From assembly GCA_041163265.1 (NCBI GenBank), contig JBEARL010000001.1, positions 7,750 to 71,749 on the forward strand: 64,000 bases of DNA, given 5' to 3'. Positions 36,273-44,635 of the stretch are shown here, piece by piece. The DNA is from Actinomycetota bacterium. GTDB taxonomy: Bacteria; Actinomycetota; Nitriliruptoria; Nitriliruptorales; Nitriliruptoraceae. Position numbers and translations under genes: made by a program. The notes beneath the pieces are model-generated. The model worked only from the letters and a program-made list of their open reading frames with translations, searched no databases and was not told the origin of the DNA. Numbering within the stretch: position 1 is the stretch's first letter; every line of letters begins with the position of its first letter.

Positions 36273-37355
36273 TCAGCCCCGGGCCACGGCGAGGTGGTCC
36301 GACAGCCAGTCGGCGACGCGCGGCCGGACCGTCGTGTGGTGGTTGTTGCATGAGTGGCTGCCGCCGACGACGCGGTCGAACTCGACCCGGGACCCGAGCT
36401 CGGCGGCGATGCGGTCGCCGTGGGCGACCGGGATGACCCGATCGGCGTCGCCGTGGACGACCAGCGTCGGGGTGCGGAGCCGCTCGAGGTGGCCGGTCAG
36501 GGTGACGTCCGCGAGCAGCTCGTCCGCTGCGGCGACGTCGGCGGCGCCGCTCAGATGGACGAAGCCCTCCTGCAGGATCGGCTGGAGGTCGCCGAGGGGG
36601 GTGAGGGTGTGCGGACCGGCGATCGCGACGACCGCGTCGGGGGCGCTCAGGCCCGGGACCACGTCGTCGGCGACGGCGCACCGGAGCGCGAGGAACCCGC
36701 CGAAGCTGGTGCCGAGTATGCCGACGGGGAGCCCGGCGAGATCGGGGTGCGCCGCGACCATGTCCCGGACGGCCGCGTAGGCCCGCAGGTACGGCTCGAG
36801 GCGGAACGGGTGGGCCGCGTGGGCCTCGCCCTGGCCGGGACCCTCGACCGAGACGGTGGCCAGGCCCCGCTCGAGCAGGTGCGGCTCGAAGGTCGAGAAC
36901 TGCTCCTTCGTCGACTCGAGGCCCGGGAGCTGGAGGACGACCCCGTGGGGGGTGGCGGGCCGGCGGACGTAGCCGTGCACCTCGGCCCCCTCCGCGGTGG
37001 TCAGCCGGTACGGGGTGGCCGGGGGGACGAGGTCCGGGGCGGCACGTCGGAACAGCTCGACCTGTCGGGCATGCAGGGCGCGGCGTCGCGCCGGGTCGTC
37101 GTTCAGGACGAACTGCGCGAACTGGAGGATGAGCGCGGCCCGGCGTCGGAACGCCGCCGCCGTGATCCGGTGGCCGGCCGCCTCGGCCGCATCGGCGCGG
37201 GTGACGTACCCGTCGGCCGTGGCCTCCCAGGCCCCGGCCCAGGCGTCCCACGAGGTGACGTCGGCCATGGTCCGCTCGACGTCGAGCGGGTCGATGTCGT
37301 TCGCGACGAACCGCGCCGACCAGTTGGCCACGACGGCTGCGAGGCGCTCGTCCAT
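36273..37355 (-). CDS. cap-domain alpha/beta hydrolase, divergent paralog H4
   Basis: Motifs [35 protein letters not shown]. 360 aa. First gene of a 4-gene minus-strand operon. Confidence 0.85.
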   Translation of the reverse strand: MDERLAAVVANWSARFVANDIDPLDVERTMADVTSWDAWAGAWEATADGYVTRADAAEAAGHRITAAAFRRRAALILQFAQFVLNDDPARRRALHARQVELFRRAAPDLVPPATPYRLTTAEGAEVHGYVRRPATPHGVVLQLPGLESTKEQFSTFEPHLLERGLATVSVEGPGQGEAHAAHPFRLEPYLRAYAAVRDMVAAHPDLAGLPVGILGTSFGGFLALRCAVADDVVPGLSAPDAVVAIAGPHTLTPLGDLQPILQEGFVHLSGAADVAAADELLADVTLTGHLERLRTPTLVVHGDADRVIPVAHGDRIAAELGSRVEFDRVVGGSHSCNNHHTTVRPRVADWLSDHLAVARG

Positions 37356-37404
37356 CGCTCCGACGTCTCCCGCTCAGGAGGGCGCCCTCGGCGCCGACGC
37401 ACGG

Positions 37405-37433
37405 ATGCTAGTCCCGGCCCCTCCGAGGCACAA
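37405..37433 (-). promoter_or_regulatory. promoter candidate for the hydrolase-H4/LVIVD/amidohydrolase/FAH operon
   Basis: On the minus strand: TTGTGC (comp 37428..37433), a 17-nt spacer, then TAGCAT (comp 37405..37410). Confidence 0.45.
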
Positions 37434-37442
37434 TCGATTGCA
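37429..37442. promoter_or_regulatory. LacI-type operator candidate O8 (CACAATCGATTGCA)
   Basis: Lies in the 322-bp divergent gap. It overlaps the -35 (TTGTGC) of the minus-strand hydrolase-H4 operon promoter. Confidence 0.6.
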
Positions 37443-37558
37443 CGGCTGAGGCGGTCGGAACCGGCCCACGGTGGCCACTGCACAGGGCTCCGCGGCCGGG
37501 TGCGCCCCTCATCGGCCCAGAACGGCCGCTCACGGCCCTGCAGGCGGGCCACGGCGGT

Positions 37559-37572
37559 AGCAATCGTTTGCC
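37559..37572. promoter_or_regulatory. LacI-type operator candidate O9 (AGCAATCGTTTGCC)
   Basis: Its right half-site doubles as the -35-like TTTGCC of the SuyAB-like operon promoter. Confidence 0.55.
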
Positions 37573-37596
37573 GTCCGACGTGCCCGCGGCTATCGT
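37567..37596 (+). promoter_or_regulatory. promoter candidate for the SuyAB-like operon
   Basis: TTTGCC, an 18-nt spacer, then TATCGT. Same architecture as the ABC-operon promoter. Confidence 0.35.
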
Positions 37597-37677
37597 CCGC
37601 GCGCCCCCACCCCCGGGGGCACCCGGCCCCCGGCGACGTCCGGCAGCGGCGGGTCCGCGACCGAGGAGAGATGCGAC

Positions 37678-37959
37678 GTGTCCGTCTTCCTGCTGCACCG
37701 ACCCGGCGACTCCGTCGGCGTCGCCACCGAGGACATCGCGGCCGGGTCGAAGGCGACCGGGCGGCTCCGGGACAGCTCGGACACGGTCGACGTGACCGTG
37801 ACCGACGACGTCCCCCTCGGCCACAAGATCGCCGTCAAGCAGCTCGCCAAGGGCGACAAGGTCATCGAGTACGGCGCGGAGATCGGCGTCGCGACCAAGG
37901 ACATCGCCCCCGGACAGCACGTCCACGTGCACAACCTGAAGGGACAGCGATGGGCCTGA
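37678..37959 (+). CDS. UxaA-family dehydratase small subunit (SAF domain; SuyA-like)
   Basis: GTG behind GAGGAGAG. SAF/UxaA N-terminal motif [21 protein letters not shown]. 93 aa. Confidence 0.8.
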   Translation: MSVFLLHRPGDSVGVATEDIAAGSKATGRLRDSSDTVDVTVTDDVPLGHKIAVKQLAKGDKVIEYGAEIGVATKDIAPGQHVHVHNLKGQRWA

Positions 37960-39119
37960 TCGCCGACAGCACGTTCCAGGGCTACCGCCGCGCCAACGGC
38001 GCGGTCGGGGTCCGCAACCACGTCCTCATCATCCCGGTCGACGACATCTCGAACGCCGCCGTCGAGGCCGTGGGGAACAACATCAAGGGCACCCTGCCGC
38101 TGCCGCACCCCTACGGGCGGCTGCAGTTCGGTCCCGACCTCGAGCTGCACTTCCGCACCCTGATCGGCGCCGGGTCGAACCCGAACGTCGCAGCAGCGGT
38201 CGTCATCGGCATCGAGCCGAACTGGACGAGGCGCGTCGCCGAGGGCATCGCCGCGACCGGCAAGCCGGTCGAGTGGTTCTCCATCGAGGGGACGGGCGAC
38301 CTCGAGACGATCCGCAGGGCCTCCCGGGCGGCGCAGCGTCTCGTCATGGACGCGACCGAGCTGCAGCGCGAGACCATCCCGCTGCGCGAGCTGGTCATCA
38401 GCAGCAAGTGCGGCGAGTCCGACACCACGTCGGGCCTGGGGTCGAACCCGACGGTCGGTCGCTTCACCGAGTGGTCGGTCGCCGACGGCGGCACCGTCTT
38501 CTTCGGTGAGACGTCCGAGCTGACCGGTGGCGAGGACATCGTCGCCGGCCGCATCGACGACGCCGAGCAGCGGGCGAAGTTCCAGCGCCTGTTCGACGAG
38601 CACCAGGACATCATCCTGGCTCAGGAGGCGAACCTGCTGGGCTCCCAGCCGACCGAGGGCAACATCGCCGGTGGTCTCTCGACCATCGAGGAGAAGGCCC
38701 TGGGGAACATCCAGAAGATCGGGGAGGCCCGCATCCACGGCGTCCTCGAGATGGCGGAGGCTCCGTCCCGCGGGGCCGGCCTGTACTTCATGGACACGTC
38801 GTCGGCCGCGGCCGAGAGCGTGACCCTGTTCATGGCGGGGGGTGCGGCCCTGCACCTGTTCACCACGGGTCAGGGCAACATCATCGGGAACCCGATCATC
38901 CCGGTGGTGAAGCTGACCGCGAACCCCAACACGGCGCGGACGATGTCCGAGCACATCGACGTCGACGTGTCCGGCACCATCACGCTGGAGCAGTCGCTCG
39001 ACCAGGCCGCCACGGCGCTGACGGAGTGCATCGTCCGCACCGCGAACGGTCGCCTGACCTGCGCCGAGGCGCTGGGTCACAAGGAGTTCGTGCTGACGCG
39101 GCTCCACCGCACCGCCTGA
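37950..39119 (+). CDS. UxaA-family dehydratase large subunit (altronate/galactarate dehydratase C-terminal domain; SuyB-like)
   Basis: ATG 37950 overlaps the small-subunit end by 10 nt. 389 aa. Motifs [27 protein letters not shown]. The upstream 532 codons of ORF 36354..39119 are antisense artefact. Confidence 0.85.
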   Translation: MGLIADSTFQGYRRANGAVGVRNHVLIIPVDDISNAAVEAVGNNIKGTLPLPHPYGRLQFGPDLELHFRTLIGAGSNPNVAAAVVIGIEPNWTRRVAEGIAATGKPVEWFSIEGTGDLETIRRASRAAQRLVMDATELQRETIPLRELVISSKCGESDTTSGLGSNPTVGRFTEWSVADGGTVFFGETSELTGGEDIVAGRIDDAEQRAKFQRLFDEHQDIILAQEANLLGSQPTEGNIAGGLSTIEEKALGNIQKIGEARIHGVLEMAEAPSRGAGLYFMDTSSAAAESVTLFMAGGAALHLFTTGQGNIIGNPIIPVVKLTANPNTARTMSEHIDVDVSGTITLEQSLDQAATALTECIVRTANGRLTCAEALGHKEFVLTRLHRTA

Positions 39120-39132
39120 GCCCTCGGATAAT

Positions 39133-39164
39133 GTGGGGCGGGGTCCTCCGGGGCCCCGCCCCAC
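39133..39164 (+). terminator. hairpin after the UxaA-family large subunit
   Basis: 11-bp perfect stem GTGGGGCGGGG / CCCCGCCCCAC, extendable by inner pairs. Confidence 0.6.
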
Positions 39165-39255
39165 GTCGTCCACCGCGGCGCTGCGACCGCGAGGGTCCGC
39201 GCCGGCCCGGGTCGACGCGGCTGGGCCGCGGCGTCGGACGGCAGGGGGATCGACC

Positions 39256-40284
39256 ATGGCGGACGTGACGCTCCGCGACGTCGCCGAGCTGGCCAAGGTG
39301 CACACCTCGACGGCCTCGCGCGCCCTGAACGAGCGCACCCGCGGCCTCGTCAACGACGCCACCGTCCGGCGCGTGATCCAGGCGGCCGAGCACCTCGGCT
39401 ACCAGCCGAACGCGCTCGCGCGCGGGCTGCGCTCCAACCGCACGAACTCGGTGGGGATGGTGATCCCGGACATCCGGAACCCCGTGTTCCCGCCGATCAT
39501 CCGCGGGGTCGAGGAGCGGCTGAGCGAGGCGGGGATGACCCTGCTGATCGCCAGCACCTACAACGATCCCGACAAGGAGCGCGACATCTTCGACGTCATG
39601 CTCGGACGTCGCGTGGACGGCCTCGTGGTCGGGACCGCGCGCCGCTCGGATCCCGCCCTCGAGCAGTACGTCCGGTCCGGGAACCCCGTCGTCCTGATCA
39701 ACCGGGTCGTCGACGAGCCGATGGTCCCGTCGGTCGCCGCCGACGACCACATCGGCGTCGGGCTGGCCCTCAAGCACCTCCACGCGCTCGGGCACCGCCG
39801 CGTCGCCCACGTCGCCGGCAACGTCATCGTCTCGACCGGCCTCGGGCGCTACCAGGACTTCGTGAACTGGTGCGAGGTGCTCGGTCTGGACGTCGACCCG
39901 GACCTGGTCGTCCATGCCCGGTGGTTCAACCAGCTCGACGGTGCCGCCGCGTTCCGCGTGCTGCTGGACCGGGAGCTCGGCTTCACGGCGGTCCTGGCCG
40001 CGAACGACCTCGTGGCGCTCGGCATCTACGACGTCTGCGCCGAACGCGGCCTGCGGGTCCCCGAGGACCTCTCGGTCGTCGGGTTCAACGACATCCCGTT
40101 CGCCGACCGCTTCGCCCAGCCGCTCACGTCGGTCCGCATCCCGCAGGCCGACATCGGACGCCGTGCCGCGGACCTCGTGCTGGCGGCCATCGAGGATCCC
40201 GGTACGGCCACCATGTCGATCCGGCTGGCGCCGGAGCTGATGGTCAGGGGCTCGACGGCACCGCCGGGGGGCGCCGCGACCTGA
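39256..40284 (+). CDS. LacI-family transcriptional regulator (LacI-2)
   Basis: ATG 39256. HTH LRDVAELAKVHTSTASRALN. 342 aa. Clear paralog of LacI-1 (shared NPVFPPIIRG, VGFNDIP). Confidence 0.9.
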   Translation: MADVTLRDVAELAKVHTSTASRALNERTRGLVNDATVRRVIQAAEHLGYQPNALARGLRSNRTNSVGMVIPDIRNPVFPPIIRGVEERLSEAGMTLLIASTYNDPDKERDIFDVMLGRRVDGLVVGTARRSDPALEQYVRSGNPVVLINRVVDEPMVPSVAADDHIGVGLALKHLHALGHRRVAHVAGNVIVSTGLGRYQDFVNWCEVLGLDVDPDLVVHARWFNQLDGAAAFRVLLDRELGFTAVLAANDLVALGIYDVCAERGLRVPEDLSVVGFNDIPFADRFAQPLTSVRIPQADIGRRAADLVLAAIEDPGTATMSIRLAPELMVRGSTAPPGGAAT

Positions 40285-40301
40285 CCGCTGGGCGGCAGGG
40301 T

Positions 40302-40321
40302 GGCGCCGGCCCGCCGGCGCC
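40302..40321. terminator. short hairpin between convergent LacI-2 and MFS genes
   Basis: GGCGCCGG cccg CCGGCGCC. Confidence 0.4.
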
Positions 40322-40323
40322 GT

Positions 40324-41541
40324 TCAGTCGGTGCGGCCGCGCGTCTCGCGGACGACGAGCGCGATGGTCAGCGACGACGCGGCCAGGAGCACCCCGAGCA
40401 CCGCGACCGTCGCACGCTGACCGGCGGTGACGTAGATGCCGGTGGAGACCGCGGGGCCGGCGATCAGCCCGAGGTCGCCGAACAGCCGGAACGTGCCCAT
40501 GCGACGTCCGATGCCGTGACCGCCGGTGAGGTCGGTCAGCATCGTGGCCGCAGACCCGAGGCCCGAGGTGCCGAGGGACAGGAGCACGATGGCCGCCATC
40601 CACGACCCGACACCACCGAGGCCGAGCATGGCGACGCCCCCCAGCATGATGAGCATGCCGGGAACGAGGGCGGCCTTGCGCCCGATGTGGTCCGAGATGC
40701 GACCGCCGACGAGCACCCCGAGCAGCCGGCACAGCCCGCCGACCCCGAGCGCCAGCCCGATCGCCCCGGCGTCGAGTCCGTGGCGCTCCGCTCCGATGAT
40801 GGGGATGAGCGTCTGGGGGAGCGAACCCAGCACGAAGAACAGCGTGAACGGCACCAGCAGCAGGAGCCGCACCTCCCGCTCGCTCGACCGCGAGGCCTCG
40901 GGGGCCGGCGTCGCCGCTCCGGTGGCCGCGACCGTCCCGACGGCGCGCCGTGAGCCGATGGGCGGTCGGACCGCCGCGGCGGTGATCCGCGTCGCCACCA
41001 GCAGCAGGCCACCCACGATCGCGGCACCGGCGAGCGCGCCCCGCCAGCCGAACGGTCCGGCCAGCAGGCCGCCTGCGGTCGGTCCCAGCGCCTGGCCGAC
41101 CAGGAGCGAGGCCGAGTACAGCGCCAGGGTGCGCCCGCGCGAGGCTGCGGGCCGGGCCGTGGAGAAGAAGGTCATCCCGGTCGTGTTCGAGATGGACGAG
41201 GCCACGCCGAGGACGAACGCGGCGCCGAGGGCACCCGAGGGGCTCCGCGCCCCCGCGAGCAGCAGGGAGCCGACGGTGAGGATGGCGCTCGACGCCGTGA
41301 GGAGCGTCAGCGTGCGGACGCGGTCGGTCAGGCGTCCCGCCGGGACGTCGGTCACGATGCGACCGACCGCGAAGACCGTCGTGATCAGTCCGAGCTGGGC
41401 GGCGTCCATCTGCAGCTCGGCGCCGAGCGTCGGCAGGATCGGGACGCGGAAGAACGCAGCGATGGACGAGAGCAGCACGGCCGCACCGACGACGACCAGG
41501 TGGAGGGTCGGCGCCCCGCCGTCGCGCTCGGTCGCCGTCAT
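40324..41541 (-). CDS. MFS transporter
   Basis: ATG at comp(41539..41541) behind a GGAGGAG RBS. 405 aa, multi-pass. The remainder of the 858-aa ORF is antisense to pntAA. Confidence 0.85.
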   Translation of the reverse strand: MTATERDGGAPTLHLVVVGAAVLLSSIAAFFRVPILPTLGAELQMDAAQLGLITTVFAVGRIVTDVPAGRLTDRVRTLTLLTASSAILTVGSLLLAGARSPSGALGAAFVLGVASSISNTTGMTFFSTARPAASRGRTLALYSASLLVGQALGPTAGGLLAGPFGWRGALAGAAIVGGLLLVATRITAAAVRPPIGSRRAVGTVAATGAATPAPEASRSSEREVRLLLLVPFTLFFVLGSLPQTLIPIIGAERHGLDAGAIGLALGVGGLCRLLGVLVGGRISDHIGRKAALVPGMLIMLGGVAMLGLGGVGSWMAAIVLLSLGTSGLGSAATMLTDLTGGHGIGRRMGTFRLFGDLGLIAGPAVSTGIYVTAGQRATVAVLGVLLAASSLTIALVVRETRGRTD

Positions 41542-41757
41542 GCGCGACTCCTCCGACCGCGGGCGTGGGGCCGCGGTGCGGCGCCGAGCGGCGGGCGCGG
41601 ACTCTAGTCCCGGGCCGGCGTCGGGCCCGCGCGCGCGGGTCGACCTCCGGTCGTCCGGGGGTGCCGCTCGTCTATGCTCGGCGCTACGGAGTCCCTCCCG
41701 GCGAGGGTGCTCCCGTTCCGACGCGCGGCGCCGCTCCCGTCGCTCAGGAGGCTCCCG

Positions 41758-42945
41758 GTGACGTCCGACGCTGCCGCTCCCGCGCCCTCCACGGGCGCGC
41801 CGGCGCTGACCGCGTTCGTCCCGCGCGAGCGCGCTCAGGGCGAGCGGCGCGTCGCGGCCACGCCCGACTCGGTGCGTCGTCTGGTCGCTGCCGGGTTCAG
41901 CGTGACGGTCGAGCGCGGCGCCGGCGCCGGCGCCGGGCTCCCGGACGAGGCCTACGCCGAGGCAGGGGCGGCGCTGACGGACGCGCCCACCCCGTCGACG
42001 CCGGCCCTGGTGCTGCGCGTCGCCCCGCCGACGCTCGCCGAGGCCGCGGCGCTGCCCCGAGGGTCGACGCTGATCGCGCTCATGGCGCCGCACCGCAACC
42101 TCGACGTCGTCCGGGCCCTCGCGGCCGGTGGCGTGACCGTCCTGGCCATGGAGCTGGTGCCACGCATCTCGCGCGCCCAGGCCATGGACGCGCTCTCGAG
42201 CCAGGCGAACGTCGCGGGCTACCGGGCGGTGCTGGTCGCCGCGGCCGAGGTGGACAAGTACTTCCCGCTGCTCATGACGGCCGCCGGCACGGTCCGTCCG
42301 GCCGAGGTGGTCGTGCTCGGCGCCGGTGTGGCCGGCCTCCAGGCGCTGGCCACCGCCCGCCGGTTGGGTGCCGTGGTGCACGTCTCGGACATCCGCGCGG
42401 CGGCGCGCGACGAGGTGCTCTCGCTCGGGGGTCGCTTCATCGACATGCCGCAGGCCGAGGACCAGCAGGACGCCGGTGGCTACGCCAAGGAACTGGCCGA
42501 GGACCTGCTGCGCCGCCAGCGCGAGATCCTGACCGAACGCCTGCGCTCGGCCCGCGTCGCGATCACGACGGCGCAGATCCCCCTGCGGCCGGCACCCCGT
42601 CTGATCACCCGCGAGATGGTCGAGGCGATGCAGCCCGGCTCGGTCATCATCGACCTCGCGGCGGCGGACGGCGGCAACTGCGAGCTGAGCGACCCCGACC
42701 GGGTCGTCGAGCACCGCGGGGTCCGGATCGTCCCGGGGCAGGGGCTGGCGGCATCGATGCCGGGCGAGTCCAGCGCCCTCTACGCCCGCAACGTCCAGGC
42801 GCTGGCGGCCCTGCTGGTCGCCGACGGCCGGCTGGTCATCGACGCCGACGACGAGGTCGTCGGTGGCGCCCTCATGGTCCGTGACGGTGCTGTCGTCCAC
42901 CCGCGCGTGGCCCCACTGCTCGAGACCCCCGGAGGTGCCGCCTGA
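41758..42945 (+). CDS. pntAA: NAD(P) transhydrogenase subunit alpha part 1
   Basis: GTG behind an AGGAGG RBS. Motifs FVPRERAQGERRVAATPDSV and VVVLGAGVAGLQA. About 395 aa. Confidence 0.9.
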   Translation: MTSDAAAPAPSTGAPALTAFVPRERAQGERRVAATPDSVRRLVAAGFSVTVERGAGAGAGLPDEAYAEAGAALTDAPTPSTPALVLRVAPPTLAEAAALPRGSTLIALMAPHRNLDVVRALAAGGVTVLAMELVPRISRAQAMDALSSQANVAGYRAVLVAAAEVDKYFPLLMTAAGTVRPAEVVVLGAGVAGLQALATARRLGAVVHVSDIRAAARDEVLSLGGRFIDMPQAEDQQDAGGYAKELAEDLLRRQREILTERLRSARVAITTAQIPLRPAPRLITREMVEAMQPGSVIIDLAAADGGNCELSDPDRVVEHRGVRIVPGQGLAASMPGESSALYARNVQALAALLVADGRLVIDADDEVVGGALMVRDGAVVHPRVAPLLETPGGAA

Positions 42946-43226
42946 TGGGTGAGCTCCTGGTCAGCATCTACCTCTTCGTCCTGGCGTCCTTCCTCGGCTT
43001 CGAGCTGATCAACAAGGTCCCACCGACGCTGCACACGCCGCTGATGTCGGGCGCCAACGCGATCTCGGGCATCACGGTCGTCGGGGCGCTCACGCTGGCG
43101 ACCGTGGCGGACGCCCGGGTCAGCGTGGTCCTCGGCGCGGTGGCCATCGCCCTCGCGACGATCAACGTCGTCGGTGGCTTCCTGGTGACCGACCGCATGC
43201 TCGCGACCTTCCGGACCCGCCGATGA
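42945..43226 (+). CDS. pntAB: NAD(P) transhydrogenase subunit alpha part 2 (membrane)
   Basis: TGATG overlap with pntAA. 93 aa with three hydrophobic helices. Motif HTPLMSGANAISGI. Confidence 0.9.
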   Translation: MGELLVSIYLFVLASFLGFELINKVPPTLHTPLMSGANAISGITVVGALTLATVADARVSVVLGAVAIALATINVVGGFLVTDRMLATFRTRR

Positions 43227-44635
43227 ACGCCGACCTCGCCGCCCTCGTCGCACTGGCGTCGATCGCCCTGTTCATCGTGGGGCTGAAGCGCCTGTCCCGC
43301 ATCCGGACGGCCCGCAGCGGCAACACGCTCATGGCCGGCGGCATGCTGCTGGCCATCGTGCTGACGTTGGTCGAGGAGGGACCCGCGGACTGGCGCTGGA
43401 TCCTCGGCGGGCTCGCCGCCGGAGGGGGCGTCGGGGTCCTGACGGTCGTCCGGGCCCGGGCGACGCAGATGCCCGAGATCGTCGCGCGGTTCAACGGCTT
43501 CGGTGGCGGGGCCTCCGCGCTCGTCGCGATGTCGCTGTTCTGGGCGGCCGTCGTCGAGTCGGCGACCCGCGAGGACGCCGTCTCCGTCCTCGGGCCGTCC
43601 GCCGCGATCACGGCGGTCCTCTCGATCCTCATCGGGGCGATCACGCTGAGCGGCAGCATCCTCGCCGAGCTGAAGCTCCGCGGAACGGTCGGCGGTTCGC
43701 CCCGGATCCCGGCCCGCGCGCTCGTCATGGCGACGCTGCTGGCGGTCGGGCTCGCCGGCGGTGCGGTTGCGGTCACCTCGGCCGACGCCACGACCGCCGA
43801 GGTGGGGGCACTGGTCCTGATCCTCGCGAGCCTCGTCATCGGCATCGTGCTCGTCATCCCGATCGGTGGTGCCGACATGCCGGTCGTCATCAGCCTCCTC
43901 AACTCGCTGTCCGGTGTCGCGGCCGCGGTCGCTGGCTTCGCCCTCTCGAACGAGATCCTCATCATCACCGGCATGATCGTCGGCGCGGCGGGGCTGATCC
44001 TCACGCAGATCATGTGCGTCGCGATGAACCGGTCGCTGCTGAACGTCATGGTCGGGGGTTTCGGCGGAGCCGTCGAGGCCGACACCAGCGACTACACGTC
44101 CATCACCAGCACCGACGCCGAGGAGGCGGCAATGGTGCTGGAGGTCGCAGAGCGCGTCATCATCGTCCCCGGTTACGGCCTCGCCCAGTCGCGGGCCCAG
44201 ACCGCGGCCCACGACCTCGCACGGGCGCTGCTCGCGCTGGGAGTCGACGTTCGGTTCGCCATCCATCCGGTCGCCGGCCGCATGCCGGGCCACATGAACG
44301 TCGTGCTGGCCGAGGCCGAGGTGCCCTACGAGCTGCTGTACGAGATGGATCAGATCAACCAGGAGTTCGCACAGACCGACGTGGTGATCGTCGTCGGCGC
44401 CAACGACGTCGTGAACCCTGCGGCTCGGACGCAGCCCAGCTCGCCAATCGCCGGGATGCCGATCCTCGACGTCGCCGCGGCGCGGCGGGTCTTCGTCATC
44501 AAGCGCAGCCTCTCGCCGGGGTACGCGGGCATCAAGAACGAGCTGTTCGACATGGATCGCACCTCGATGATCTTCGCCGACGCCAAGGCGGCCCTCGAGC
44601 AGATGGCCGCCGAGCTTCAGAAGGTCCGGCGCTAG
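43223..44635 (+). CDS. pntB: NAD(P) transhydrogenase subunit beta
   Basis: ATGA overlap with pntAB. 470 aa. Membrane N-domain plus NADP(H)-binding dIII (VIIVPGYGLA, HPVAGRMPGHMNVLLAEA-type motif). Confidence 0.95.
   Translation: MNADLAALVALASIALFIVGLKRLSRIRTARSGNTLMAGGMLLAIVLTLVEEGPADWRWILGGLAAGGGVGVLTVVRARATQMPEIVARFNGFGGGASALVAMSLFWAAVVESATREDAVSVLGPSAAITAVLSILIGAITLSGSILAELKLRGTVGGSPRIPARALVMATLLAVGLAGGAVAVTSADATTAEVGALVLILASLVIGIVLVIPIGGADMPVVISLLNSLSGVAAAVAGFALSNEILIITGMIVGAAGLILTQIMCVAMNRSLLNVMVGGFGGAVEADTSDYTSITSTDAEEAAMVLEVAERVIIVPGYGLAQSRAQTAAHDLARALLALGVDVRFAIHPVAGRMPGHMNVVLAEAEVPYELLYEMDQINQEFAQTDVVIVVGANDVVNPAARTQPSSPIAGMPILDVAAARRVFVIKRSLSPGYAGIKNELFDMDRTSMIFADAKAALEQMAAELQKVRR

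Noticed and set aside
36354-37949. N-terminal 532 codons of ORF 36354..39119, and the 37590..39362 minus-strand ORF
   Set aside because: They overlap hydrolase H4 and the intergenic operators in an Arg/Gly-rich frame. The UxaA large subunit starts at ATG 37950. The minus-strand ORF is antisense low-complexity sequence.
44632-44635. Convergent pntB and S16-protease stop codons sharing the palindrome CTAG
   Set aside because: This is a trivial consequence of TAG stops on both strands, with no functional implication on its own.
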